Below, piece by piece: positions 39,280 to 48,152 of a stretch of 64,000 nucleotides of DNA (its first letter is position 1; each line of letters opens with the position of its first letter). The DNA lies in the NCBI GenBank assembly GCA_025350815.1, contig JANXXE010000210.1, positions 8,455 through 72,454 of the forward strand, given 5' to 3'. This DNA is from Myxococcales bacterium (GTDB lineage: Bacteria > Myxococcota_A > Polyangia > Fen-1088). Below the pieces are notes generated by a model. The model did not search any database, was not told the origin of the DNA, and worked only from the letters and a program-made list of their open reading frames with translations. The position numbers and the translations under genes are program-made.

Positions 39280-40031
39280 TCGACGTTCTGCCAGGGCCTG
39301 CCGGCGCGGCTACCAAAGCGCGCGAACGCGATGCGGCCGTGCGGACCGCAGGGGCCGATCTGTTCACGCTGGGCCACGCCGCCGCCGCCGAGGCCCGGCA
39401 CCGCCACGACGGCCGCGGGATCTTCTGCCGCTCGCGCCAGCTGTTGGCCACAGGCGCCTGGCGCGGTCCCCGGGACGCGCCCGAGGCCTTCGTCGAGGAC
39501 GCTGATCTGCCGCAACACGGACTGGCAGCCGCGCTTGAAGCCGGCGTCCGCACCATCGTCCTTGGACAATTATCCCCGCTGGCGCAGGCCGCGCACGCGG
39601 CGGGGTTGCGTTGCCTGTGGCGACTGCCTTTTTCGTCAACTGACAGCGACGCGGATCGCGGCGCAGCCATCGAGCAGCTGCGCGACCGGCTGGGGCAGGG
39701 TCTGACGATCGACGGCGTCATCCCCACGCCCGTGGGCGAGCCACTGGGACTCGACGCGCTTGGTCTCGTCGCCCGCTGCCGCCTGGACCTACCGGTGGCA
39801 CACATCGTCGTCGATTTTGCACGTCTCGGGCAACGGCTGGCGCAGATGTGCCTTGCCTTCGGCGCCGACGAACTATTCGGCCCCATCGTCGCCGAGCGCG
39901 CGCTGCGCCTGGGGGACAATGCCAACAACCCCGCCATGACCCGCAAGGAAGCCGCGACCCTCCTGCGCGGCGCGGGCCTGGTTCCGCACGAAAAACTCAG
40001 CGACGGGACCCTGCAGGCCTTCATCCCATGA
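39276..40031 (+). CDS. Short (251-aa) paralog of the MqnC/MqnE radical-SAM enzymes lacking the CxxxCxxC cluster motif
   Basis: By-eye alignment to the adjacent 40028 gene: 'GHAAAAEARHRHDGRGIF' vs 'GALANDVRERLHGDRTYF'; C-terminal 'FGADELFGPIVAERALRLGD' vs 'FGANDLDGTVQEEKIYHMAG'. No Cys triad. Confidence 0.45.
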   Translation: MIDVLPGPAGAATKARERDAAVRTAGADLFTLGHAAAAEARHRHDGRGIFCRSRQLLATGAWRGPRDAPEAFVEDADLPQHGLAAALEAGVRTIVLGQLSPLAQAAHAAGLRCLWRLPFSSTDSDADRGAAIEQLRDRLGQGLTIDGVIPTPVGEPLGLDALGLVARCRLDLPVAHIVVDFARLGQRLAQMCLAFGADELFGPIVAERALRLGDNANNPAMTRKEAATLLRGAGLVPHEKLSDGTLQAFIP

Positions 40032-41173
40032 CCCTGTCCCCCATTCGAGACAAGGTTCGCGCCGGAGAGCCGCTGACTTTCGAGGACGGCGTCGCCCTGT
40101 ACCGACACGCCAATTTGCTGGAAGTCGGCGCCCTGGCCAACGACGTGCGTGAGCGGCTGCACGGCGATCGCACCTACTTCAACCGAAACTTTCACATCAA
40201 CGCCACCAACGTGTGCGTCGCCAGTTGCATGTTCTGCTCGTTCGCGCGCCTCAAGGAAGGCGACGCCGGCGCCTACACGATGACGCACGACCAGGCCTGG
40301 GCCAAGCTGCAGGAGCGCGTCGACGCGGGTGATCCCGTCACCGAGATCCACATCGTCAACGGGCTGCACGACGGCCTGCCCTTCGACTACTACACGGACC
40401 TTCTGGCCGGCCTCAAGCGCATCAAGCCGGACATCCATCTGAAGGCCTTCACGGCCGTCGAGATCTTCTACTACCACCAACACTACGGTCTGTCCGTCGA
40501 GGAAATCTTGCGCCGCCTGCGCGCCGCCGGACTTGATTCGCTGCCTGGCGGTGGCGCCGAGATCTTCGCGCCGCGCGTGCGCAAGAAGATCTGCGACGAC
40601 AAGTGCACCGCCGACCAGTGGCTGGATGTGCACCGGACGGCCCACCGCATGGGCCTGCGATCCAACTGCACGATGCTGTACGGCACCATCGAGACCGTCG
40701 AGGAACGTGTCGATCACATGCTACGGCTGCGGGCGCTGCAGGAGGAGACAGCCGGCTTCCAGACCTTCATCCCGCTGGCCTTTCACCCCGACAACAACGC
40801 CCTGATGAAGCTACCCGCGCCGACGGGCGTCGAGGATCTGCGCACCTACGCGGTCGCGCGCCTGCTGTTGCACAATATTCCGCACCTCAAGGCGTACTGG
40901 ATCATGCTGGGCGTGAAGACGGCGCAGACCGCGCTGTGGTTCGGCGCCAACGATCTCGATGGCACCGTGCAGGAGGAAAAGATTTACCACATGGCAGGGG
41001 CCGACACGCCGCAGACCCTGACGTCGGACGAGATCGTTCGCGTGATCACCGAGGCGGGTCGCACGCCCGTCGAACGCGACACGCTGTACAACGTGGTGGC
41101 CGAAGGCGAGGCGCTGCGGTCGGCCAAGCCCTTCCGTCGCCCGGTGCGCCGCTCCTTGGAGATCGTGTCATGA
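40028..41173 (+). CDS. MqnE/MqnC-family radical SAM enzyme of the futalosine pathway (aminodeoxyfutalosine synthase or dehypoxanthine-futalosine cyclase)
   Basis: 'NATNVCVASCMFCSF' CxxxCxxC; CofH/MqnC-like TIM-barrel motifs. ATG 40028 overlaps the upstream stop. Confidence 0.8.
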   Translation: MTLSPIRDKVRAGEPLTFEDGVALYRHANLLEVGALANDVRERLHGDRTYFNRNFHINATNVCVASCMFCSFARLKEGDAGAYTMTHDQAWAKLQERVDAGDPVTEIHIVNGLHDGLPFDYYTDLLAGLKRIKPDIHLKAFTAVEIFYYHQHYGLSVEEILRRLRAAGLDSLPGGGAEIFAPRVRKKICDDKCTADQWLDVHRTAHRMGLRSNCTMLYGTIETVEERVDHMLRLRALQEETAGFQTFIPLAFHPDNNALMKLPAPTGVEDLRTYAVARLLLHNIPHLKAYWIMLGVKTAQTALWFGANDLDGTVQEEKIYHMAGADTPQTLTSDEIVRVITEAGRTPVERDTLYNVVAEGEALRSAKPFRRPVRRSLEIVS

Positions 41174-43128
41174 ACCGCCTGCGACTGGCCGCTGTCTCGT
41201 TTCTGAACGCCCGGCCGATCACCTACGGTCTCGAACGCGGCGCCGGCGACGAAATGTTCGACCTGCGTTTCGACCTGCCCGCACGCTGCGCGGAGGCGCT
41301 CGCCAGCGGCGCCGTGGATCTGGCGCTGTTGCCGCTGGGCAGTTATGCGACAAGCCCGGAGGACCTGCGCATCGTCCCGGGCATCGCTGTCGCCAGCCGC
41401 GGACCCGTGCGCACCGTGCTTTTGGCCGGCGACGTTCCGTGGCAGGACATGTCCAGCATCGCGCTCGACGCCGCGTCCCGCAGCTCCGTGATGCTGCTCA
41501 AACTGCTGAACCGCGAACGCGAGATGTCGCCCTCGCTGGTTGCGGTGGACCACGACGAGATTGGCACCGCGGCCTCAGGGACCCGCGGCGCGCTGATCAT
41601 CGGCGATGCGGGCCTGCGCCTGGGCGATCGATACCCGCACATCTATGACCTTGGCCGTGAATGGACCGCCTTGACGGGTCTGCCCTTCGTCTACGCCGTC
41701 TGGGCGGGGCGCCCTGGCATGGTCACGCCCGAACATGTTCGTGTCCTGCGCGACAGCCTGCGCGCCGGCCTGGACAACCGCGCCGAGATTGCGCGCGGCT
41801 GGGCCGACGAGCGCGGGATGGATCCCGCCGTCTGCGAAAGCTACCTGCACAACAACATCCGCTACCGCCTTGGCGCCGAGGAACTATCCGGCGCGGCGGC
41901 TTTCCTGCACCGCGCCCACACCGCGGGACTGCTGACCCGTCCTGCCGCTCGCCTGCGATTCTTCGACGACGGACGCCTGGAACACCCGACCTGCAACTCG
42001 AAGCTGGCCCCCGCCCTGCCGCTGCCGCGCAGCGAGTTGGCCTTCCCCCGCCCGAACACCACCCGCAGCGTCGACGGTCTGCTGGCCGACGCCGCCGCAG
42101 GGCTGCGTCTGGGCTTCGACGACGCCATCCGGCTGTACAACGACGCGCCCACACTGGATCTGGGCGCGGCGGCGGACGCCCGTCGGCGGGCCCTGCACGG
42201 CGACAGCGTCGTCACGTACATCATCGACCGCAACGTGAACTACACCAACGTGTGCGTCACCCGCTGCAAGTTCTGCAATTTCTACCGCCCCCCCGGTCAC
42301 GCCGAGGGCTACACGCTGTCGAAGGAAATTCTCGCGGCCAAGCTGCAAGAAACCGTCGACCTCGGCGGCGTGCAGATCCTGCTGCAAGGCGGCCTCAACC
42401 CCGACCTGCCGCTGGCCTTCTACGAAGATCTGTTCCGCTGGATGAAGGCGAACTTCCCACTGGCGATTCACGGCCTGTCCCCCGAGGAGATCCGCTTTAT
42501 CGCCGAGAAGGAGAATATGTCGCTGCGGGGCGTGCTTGAACGCCTGGTTGCCGCGGGCCTCGATTCCGTCCCAGGCGGCGGCGCCGAGGTTCTGGACGAC
42601 GATGTTCGCCGCGCCATCTCGCCACTGAAGTGTTCGACGGACACCTGGCTTGAGGTCATGCGCCAAGCCCACGCGCTCGGTCTGCGCACGACTGCGACGA
42701 TGGTCTTCGGCTTTGGTGAGACGCCAGCGCAGGTCTTCGGTCACCTCGAACACCTGCGCGCCTTGCAGGACGAAACCGCGGGGTTCACCGCCTTCATCTG
42801 CTGGCCCTTCCAGGCCGAGGGCACCCGCCTCAAGCTCAAGGACGACACCACGGCGATGCGCTACCTGCGCCTGTTCGCGCTGTCGCGCCTTTACCTGGAC
42901 AACTTTCCGAACCTTCAGGTCTCCTGGCCCACCATGGGCCCCGACGTCGGACAGGTCGCCCTGCGCTTCGGCGGCAACGACTTTGGCTCTGCCATGATTG
43001 AAGAAAACGTGGTCTCGCAAGCAGGCGCTGTCTTCAAGCTGTCGGCCGGCGACATCGAACGTTATGTCCGCACCGCGGGCTTCGAGCCGCGCCGGCGCAA
43101 CATGCGCTACGAACTTCTGCCCGCCTAG
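41170..43128 (+). CDS. mqnA: MqnA (chorismate dehydratase, about 280 aa) and a second MqnC/MqnE-family radical SAM enzyme encoded in one continuous reading frame (fusion, or internal TTG start without intervening stop)
   Basis: MqnA N-terminus 'MNRLRLAAVSFLNARPITYGL'. Downstream in the same frame 'VVTYIIDRNVNYTNVCVTRCKFCNFY' (CxxxCxxC) through 'RRNMRYELLPA*'. No stop codon between. Confidence 0.7.
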   Translation: MNRLRLAAVSFLNARPITYGLERGAGDEMFDLRFDLPARCAEALASGAVDLALLPLGSYATSPEDLRIVPGIAVASRGPVRTVLLAGDVPWQDMSSIALDAASRSSVMLLKLLNREREMSPSLVAVDHDEIGTAASGTRGALIIGDAGLRLGDRYPHIYDLGREWTALTGLPFVYAVWAGRPGMVTPEHVRVLRDSLRAGLDNRAEIARGWADERGMDPAVCESYLHNNIRYRLGAEELSGAAAFLHRAHTAGLLTRPAARLRFFDDGRLEHPTCNSKLAPALPLPRSELAFPRPNTTRSVDGLLADAAAGLRLGFDDAIRLYNDAPTLDLGAAADARRRALHGDSVVTYIIDRNVNYTNVCVTRCKFCNFYRPPGHAEGYTLSKEILAAKLQETVDLGGVQILLQGGLNPDLPLAFYEDLFRWMKANFPLAIHGLSPEEIRFIAEKENMSLRGVLERLVAAGLDSVPGGGAEVLDDDVRRAISPLKCSTDTWLEVMRQAHALGLRTTATMVFGFGETPAQVFGHLEHLRALQDETAGFTAFICWPFQAEGTRLKLKDDTTAMRYLRLFALSRLYLDNFPNLQVSWPTMGPDVGQVALRFGGNDFGSAMIEENVVSQAGAVFKLSAGDIERYVRTAGFEPRRRNMRYELLPA

Positions 43129-43140
43129 ACCCTGTCCCCC

Positions 43141-44403
43141 GTGGCCCCCGCAGCACCCGCGCCCGCACGTTTCCTCAGCGCCCCCTGGGTGTTGCCCATC
43201 GTAACGCCCCCGCTGCACGACGGCGCGGTGGTGGTCGACGCCACCGACACCATCCTGGCCGTCGGCCCGCGCGCCGAGTTAAGGCAACGGCACCCTACCC
43301 TGCCCGAGGAGCGGGCCACAGGCGCGCTGTTGCCGGGCCTCGTCAACGCGCACACGCACCTTGAACTGTCGGCACTGGCCGGCCAGATCCCGTCGGCCGG
43401 TGGTTTCGTCGCCTGGGCCTCCGCCTTGGCGCAAAAGCTGGCGCCGCTGACCGCCGAACAGACGCTGACCGCCGCGACGATCGCGGCCCACGACGCGCGC
43501 GCGACCGGAACCGCCGCCGTGGGTGACGTCTGCAATACGCTGAACGCGGTCGCCGCCCTTGGACGCGCGGGCCTGCGCGGAATGATCTTTCACGAACTGG
43601 TCGGCTCGCGCGAGGCGCGCACCGGGGACGCCATCAAGGATGCCGCCGCCGAACGCGCACGCTGGCTGCAAGACGCGCCCTGGCCCGAGGGCGTCGGGTA
43701 CACCGTGGCGCCTCACGCGGCGTTCTCCGTGGGGCCCGACCTCTTTCGTCGCATCTTCGCCGCCACCGCGCAACACCACCGACCGACCAGCGTGCACGTC
43801 GCCGAAGGTCCCGACGAACTGGCGCTGTTGCAGAACGGAACCGGCCGCTGGCCACCGATCCTCGATAGTCTCGGTGTGCCGCCGGGCTCGCGCACCCCGC
43901 GCCTGACACCCGTCGCCTATCTGGCGTCGCTCGGCGCCTTCGCTGGGCCCCACCCGCCGCTGCTGGTCCACATGGTGCACGCGACGGCGGCGGACAGGCA
44001 GTTGGCCCGCCAGCACGGCGCGACGATCGTCCTGTGCCCCCGGTCGAACCTGCACATCGGCGACGCGTTGCCCGACGTCCGCGCCATCATCGACGCCGGC
44101 ACCCCCATCGCCGTCGGCACGGACAGCCTGGCGTCCAGCCCGTCGCTGTCCCTGTGGGACGAGTTGTCGACCCTGTTGCGCCACTTCCCCGACCTCAGCC
44201 CTGCACTGTGGCTGCGTGCCGCCACGCTTGGGGGGGCACGCGCCCTGGAGATGCCGCTGATGGGCGCCCTCGCCGCCGGCATGCGGCCGGGCATCATCGA
44301 CGTGGGAATCGACGTGGGAATCGTCGACGCCGCTGCGGACGACCCAATACGCGCCCTGCTGACCAACCCCGCCCCGTCCGTCCGCTGGATGGCGCAGCCA
44401 TGA
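43141..44403 (+). CDS. Amidohydrolase-superfamily deaminase (candidate aminodeoxyfutalosine deaminase, MtaD/Add-like)
   Basis: 'PGLVNAHTHLELS' metal-binding HxH motif; 'VHMVHAT', 'VGTDSLASSPS' typical of the amidohydrolase_1 family. GTG start. Confidence 0.7.
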   Translation: MAPAAPAPARFLSAPWVLPIVTPPLHDGAVVVDATDTILAVGPRAELRQRHPTLPEERATGALLPGLVNAHTHLELSALAGQIPSAGGFVAWASALAQKLAPLTAEQTLTAATIAAHDARATGTAAVGDVCNTLNAVAALGRAGLRGMIFHELVGSREARTGDAIKDAAAERARWLQDAPWPEGVGYTVAPHAAFSVGPDLFRRIFAATAQHHRPTSVHVAEGPDELALLQNGTGRWPPILDSLGVPPGSRTPRLTPVAYLASLGAFAGPHPPLLVHMVHATAADRQLARQHGATIVLCPRSNLHIGDALPDVRAIIDAGTPIAVGTDSLASSPSLSLWDELSTLLRHFPDLSPALWLRAATLGGARALEMPLMGALAAGMRPGIIDVGIDVGIVDAAADDPIRALLTNPAPSVRWMAQP

Positions 44404-45287
44404 ACGCCACCAGCCCCGCCAAGCCGTCGACGTTGGGCGCCGTCGCCACCTTTGGCCGGATGATCAAGTTTAGCCACACCGTCTTCGCCCTGCCGTTCGC
44501 ACTGGCCGCCGCCGCCATCGCCGCCGTCGGACACGGCGTCAGCCCCGGGCGCGTGCTGGCCATCGTTTTGGCGATGGTCGGGGCACGAACCGCGGCGATG
44601 GGCTTCAACCGCATCGTCGACCGGCACATCGACGCGCAAAACCCCCGCACCGCCGGGCGGGAATTGCCCACGGGCCGCGTGTCGCTGCCTGCTGCCATCG
44701 CCTTCACGGGCGCCAGCATCGCGCTATTCGTCGCCGCCGCCGCGTGGCTGGGACCGCTGTGCCTGAAGCTGTCGCCCGTGGCACTGGCCTTGGTGCTGGG
44801 CTATTCGTACACCAAACGCTTGACGTGGCTGTGCCACGTGTTTCTGGGTCTGGCCATCGCCGCGGGCCCCGGCGGCGCATGGATCGCCGTGCGCGGCGAT
44901 ATTTCCGCCCCGGCGCTGTGGCTGATGGCGGCCGTGACCACCTGGATTGGCGGCTTCGATATCCTGTACGCGCTTGCCGATCGCGACTTCGACCGCGCCG
45001 CCGGCCTGAAATCGATTCCCGCCCGCTTCGGCATCGGCCGCGCCCTCTTGATGTCGGGACTAATGCACGTTCTGACCGTCGCGTCCCTGCTGGCCGTGGC
45101 GGCCGCCGCGCACCTCGGCCCCATTTATCTAGTGGGCGTGGCCGTCGTGACCGGCATCCTCGTCTGGGAACACAGCATCGTGCGACCCTCGGATCTATCG
45201 CGCCTGGACATGGCCTTCTTCAGCCTGAACGGCTACGTGTCGGTGATCTTCTTCGTCACCACGCTGGCCGACGTTCTGACCCGGTAG
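44400..45287 (+). CDS. UbiA-family aromatic prenyltransferase (MqnP/MenA-like)
   Basis: 'NRIVDRHIDAQNPRT' Asp-rich motif 1 and 'YALADRDFDRAAG' motif 2; 8-9 TM helices. Confidence 0.8.
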   Translation: MNATSPAKPSTLGAVATFGRMIKFSHTVFALPFALAAAAIAAVGHGVSPGRVLAIVLAMVGARTAAMGFNRIVDRHIDAQNPRTAGRELPTGRVSLPAAIAFTGASIALFVAAAAWLGPLCLKLSPVALALVLGYSYTKRLTWLCHVFLGLAIAAGPGGAWIAVRGDISAPALWLMAAVTTWIGGFDILYALADRDFDRAAGLKSIPARFGIGRALLMSGLMHVLTVASLLAVAAAAHLGPIYLVGVAVVTGILVWEHSIVRPSDLSRLDMAFFSLNGYVSVIFFVTTLADVLTR

Positions 45288-45301
45288 CAGCTGAGATCGT
45301 G

Positions 45302-45374
45302 TGGGCGCAGAAAGAATCGAACTTTCAACAAACGGATTAAGAGTCCGCTGCTCTACCAATTGAGCTATGCGCCC
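45302..45374 (-). tRNA. tRNA-Lys (anticodon CTT)
   Basis: Manually folded cloverleaf: acceptor GGGCGCA/TGCGCCC, D-arm GCTC..GAGC, anticodon stem GCGGA/TCCGT, loop CTCTTAA, T-arm GAAAG-TTCGATT-CTTTC. Confidence 0.8.
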
Positions 45375-45413
45375 GAAGTCTTGTGTGTTGGTTGTGTGCT
45401 TCCTACCTTTGTG

Positions 45414-45487
45414 CGCGCCCGGGGTGAGTCGAACACCCAGCCCTCGGCTTCGAAGGCCGATGCTCTATCCAATTGAGCTACGGGCGC
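45414..45487 (-). tRNA. tRNA-Arg (anticodon TCG)
   Basis: Manual fold: acceptor GCGCCCG/CGGGCGC, D-arm GCTC-AATTGGATA-GAGC, anticodon stem TCGGC/GCCGA, loop CTTCGAA, T-arm GGGTG-TTCGACT-CACCC. Confidence 0.75.
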
Positions 45488-45537
45488 ATGTCCTCAAGTT
45501 TATGAGCGGCAGATGATGCGGATCCAAGGCGCGCCTG

Positions 45538-46095
45538 TCAAGGCGTCGATTTGGTATCGCGTGCGACGGCCCGGGGCCGGTTCAGAAATGTCGGGTGCAG
45601 GCCGTGCAGGATGTTTTCCTTCGCGGCGTTGGGATCCTGCCGCATATCCAGCGACCGGACCTTCTCCAGCGTGCTGGTCAGCAGTTGCAGGCGCGCGCGG
45701 TCGGCCTCGCCACAGGGCAGCGCCCCGCCCCCCTCGCACAGCGCCAGGGCCTTCGTCGCAGCCCGGTACGCTGCGGGCCCCTCGAAATGGTCCGCCAGTG
45801 CCAGGCTGCGCCGCCCATGCAGGCGGAAGTCCGTGGGGTTCGCGTCCAGCGCGGGTGCCAGAGTGGCCAGCGCCCAGTCGGGACGCCGCGCATCCAGGAA
45901 CAGGTCCGCCAGCTCCAGCGACGCCGTCGCGTCCCCCGGGGCCGCCAGGAGCCGCGCCTGCAGCTCGGCCGCGCGATCTCGCCCGTCCTGATCCAGCCGC
46001 AACCCCGGCTTCACGGCAACCCCCGGGCGCGGCATCAGGATGGCCACCGCGATGAGGGCCAGTACCGTCACATCGAATATGCGCGAGACCCACAC
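45538..46095 (-). CDS. Membrane-anchored TPR-like repeat protein (hypothetical)
   Basis: N-terminal TM helix followed by Ala/Leu-rich helical repeats. Confidence 0.4.
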   Translation of the reverse strand: MWVSRIFDVTVLALIAVAILMPRPGVAVKPGLRLDQDGRDRAAELQARLLAAPGDATASLELADLFLDARRPDWALATLAPALDANPTDFRLHGRRSLALADHFEGPAAYRAATKALALCEGGGALPCGEADRARLQLLTSTLEKVRSLDMRQDPNAAKENILHGLHPTFLNRPRAVARDTKSTP

Positions 46096-46101
46096 GGCCC
46101 A

Positions 46102-47337
46102 TCACTCATAGCGCAGCGCCTCGATTGGATCCAGGCGGGACGCGCGCCAGGCCGGATAGAAGCCGAACACGACCCCGACCACCATCGAGAACGAAAACCC
46201 GATGCTGTAGCTTTGCCAGCCCAGTTCGGTCGGCCATTCCATGATGTCCGAGAACAACTTCGCCGCCCCGGTTCCAAGCCCCATACCCACCAGCCCACCG
46301 GCCAGCGTCAGCAGGATGGCCTCAAGAAGGAACTGCACCAGTACGTGCTTGCCCTTGGCGCCGACCGCCATGCGAATCCCGATTTCGCGCGTCCGTTCCG
46401 TCACGGACACCAGCATGATGTTCATGATCCCGATGCCGCCGACGACCAGAGACACCGCCGCGATGCCCGCCAGCAGCAAGGTCATCGTGCGCGTCGTTTC
46501 CTGCGCCATCTCGGCAAACTCGGTCAGATCGCGGACGCTTGGCGCCTCGGGATCTCCCTCGACGGTGTGGTGCCGCTGTCTCAGCAGGGCCTCGACCTGG
46601 GCGGACGCGCGCTTCGTATCCGACGCGGAATTTGCCGACAGCAAGATGCGGCTGACGCTGCTGGCGGCGGCGCCACCCATGTTGAACAGCTTTCGCCGCA
46701 CAGTGTTCAGCGGCATCAGAACAACGTCGTCCTGATCTTGCCCCATCTGGTTCTGGCCCTTGCGCGCCATCACGCCCAGCACCTGGCAGCTCAATGTACG
46801 CACCCGAATGAACTGCCCGATGGGGTCGTCGCCCCCGAAGACCTGATCCACAACCGTCTGACCAAGGACACAGACCTTGTTGCCTGCCTCGACGTCGCGC
46901 TGCCCGAAGAAAGCGCCACGCTGAACGTTCCACGAACGAATGGCCAGGTACTCCGGGGTGGTGCCGGTGATGGACGAGGCCCAGTTACTGCCATTCCAGA
47001 CGATCTGCGCCTGCGAATTGATCATGGGCGCGGCATACTTCACGGTGTCACAGGTCGTGCGAATCGCATCCGCGTCCGAATCCGTCAGCGACGACGCCGA
47101 CGATCCCATCCCGCCACGCGCGCCGCCCATGTTCGACGAACCACCGAACACCACCAACATGTTCGTGCCCATCGACGCGATCTGCGAATTGACCTTTTCG
47201 CTGGCGCCGCGGCCGATCGCGACCATCGTCACGAACGCGCCGACGCCGATGATGATACCCAGCGCCGTCAGCAGCGCCCGCAACCGGTGCCGCGAAAAAG
47301 CCCTGACGGCAATGCGGACCAGACCAAAGAACGTCAC
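46102..47337 (-). CDS. ABC transporter permease, MacB/FtsX family
   Basis: N-terminal TM helix, large periplasmic domain, C-terminal FtsX-like 3-TM bundle. Confidence 0.85.
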   Translation of the reverse strand: MTFFGLVRIAVRAFSRHRLRALLTALGIIIGVGAFVTMVAIGRGASEKVNSQIASMGTNMLVVFGGSSNMGGARGGMGSSASSLTDSDADAIRTTCDTVKYAAPMINSQAQIVWNGSNWASSITGTTPEYLAIRSWNVQRGAFFGQRDVEAGNKVCVLGQTVVDQVFGGDDPIGQFIRVRTLSCQVLGVMARKGQNQMGQDQDDVVLMPLNTVRRKLFNMGGAAASSVSRILLSANSASDTKRASAQVEALLRQRHHTVEGDPEAPSVRDLTEFAEMAQETTRTMTLLLAGIAAVSLVVGGIGIMNIMLVSVTERTREIGIRMAVGAKGKHVLVQFLLEAILLTLAGGLVGMGLGTGAAKLFSDIMEWPTELGWQSYSIGFSFSMVVGVVFGFYPAWRASRLDPIEALRYE

Positions 47338-48152
47338 GCGCGTGCCTTCGTCTGGACCACCGGTACCGCCGCGACCGGGGGCATCCCGGCCGGGCGACGA
47401 CGATTCTGATTCAAGCGATCCGTTTCAATCTTGCCGTCGCGAAAGACAACGACCCGACTGGCGTATTCCGCGATGTCCATCTCGTGTGTGACCAGAACGA
47501 TGGTGATGCCTCGCTCTTCGTTCATCCGCACCAGAATCCCCATGACCTCGTCGCTGGTCTTGCTATCCAGGTTTCCCGTCGGCTCGTCCGCAAGCAACAG
47601 AGGCGCGCCACTAACCAGCGCGCGCGCAATCGCCACCCGCTGCTGCTGCCCGCCCGAAAGCTGATTTGGCAGGTGTCCGGCGCGATCACTCAGCCCGACG
47701 GCCTCAAGCGCCGCTTCGGACCGCTCGCGCCGCTCGCGCGTGGGCACGCCCGCATACGCCAGCGGCAGCTCGACGTTTTCCAGCGCCGAGGTGCGCGCCA
47801 GCAGGTTGAAGCCCTGAAAAACGAAACCGATCTTGTTGTTGCGGATCTCGGCCCGCTCGTCCGCATCCAGACTGGCCACGTTCACGCCGTCGATCAGGTA
47901 GTCGCCCGTCGTCGGCCGGTCAAGACAGCCGATGAGATGCATGAAGGTCGATTTGCCCGACCCCGAGGGGCCCATGACCGCCACGAATTCGGCGCGTCCG
48001 ATTTCCAGGCTGACGCCGCGAAGGGCATTCACGGTGAAGTCCCCCATCACGTAGTCCTTGGTGAAGTTGCGCACCACAATCAGCGCGTCGCTGGACGCGA
48101 CAGCGGTGGGACCGGATGCGGCGCCTGCCTCGCGTCTTTCCCGGGCAACCAT
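47334..48152 (-). CDS. ABC transporter ATP-binding protein (MacB/LolD-type)
   Basis: Walker A 'GPSGSGKST', signature '[15 protein letters not shown]', Walker B '[12 protein letters not shown]'. Confidence 0.9.
   Translation of the reverse strand: MVARERREAGAASGPTAVASSDALIVVRNFTKDYVMGDFTVNALRGVSLEIGRAEFVAVMGPSGSGKSTFMHLIGCLDRPTTGDYLIDGVNVASLDADERAEIRNNKIGFVFQGFNLLARTSALENVELPLAYAGVPTRERRERSEAALEAVGLSDRAGHLPNQLSGGQQQRVAIARALVSGAPLLLADEPTGNLDSKTSDEVMGILVRMNEERGITIVLVTHEMDIAEYASRVVVFRDGKIETDRLNQNRRRPAGMPPVAAVPVVQTKARA

Noticed and set aside
39119-40717. 532-aa minus-strand ORF across the ubiX/mqn genes, and similar long antisense ORFs at 41884-43218, 43279-44184, 27910-29424, 29261-30520, 25271-26347
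   Set aside because: All are antisense to genes with unambiguous family motifs and have low-complexity Arg/Ala/Gly composition expected from GC-rich third-position bias.
40603-41173. N-terminal 189 codons of the 841-aa track ORF upstream of the MqnA ATG
   Set aside because: This part is out of frame relative to the overlapping radical-SAM gene and reads as Arg/Pro-rich junk. The MqnA start at ATG 41170 overlapping the upstream stop is the natural boundary.
45595-47409. 604-aa plus-strand ORF antisense to the ABC permease/ATPase genes
   Set aside because: Arg/His/Gln-rich nonsense composition. The opposite strand encodes canonical MacB-like proteins.
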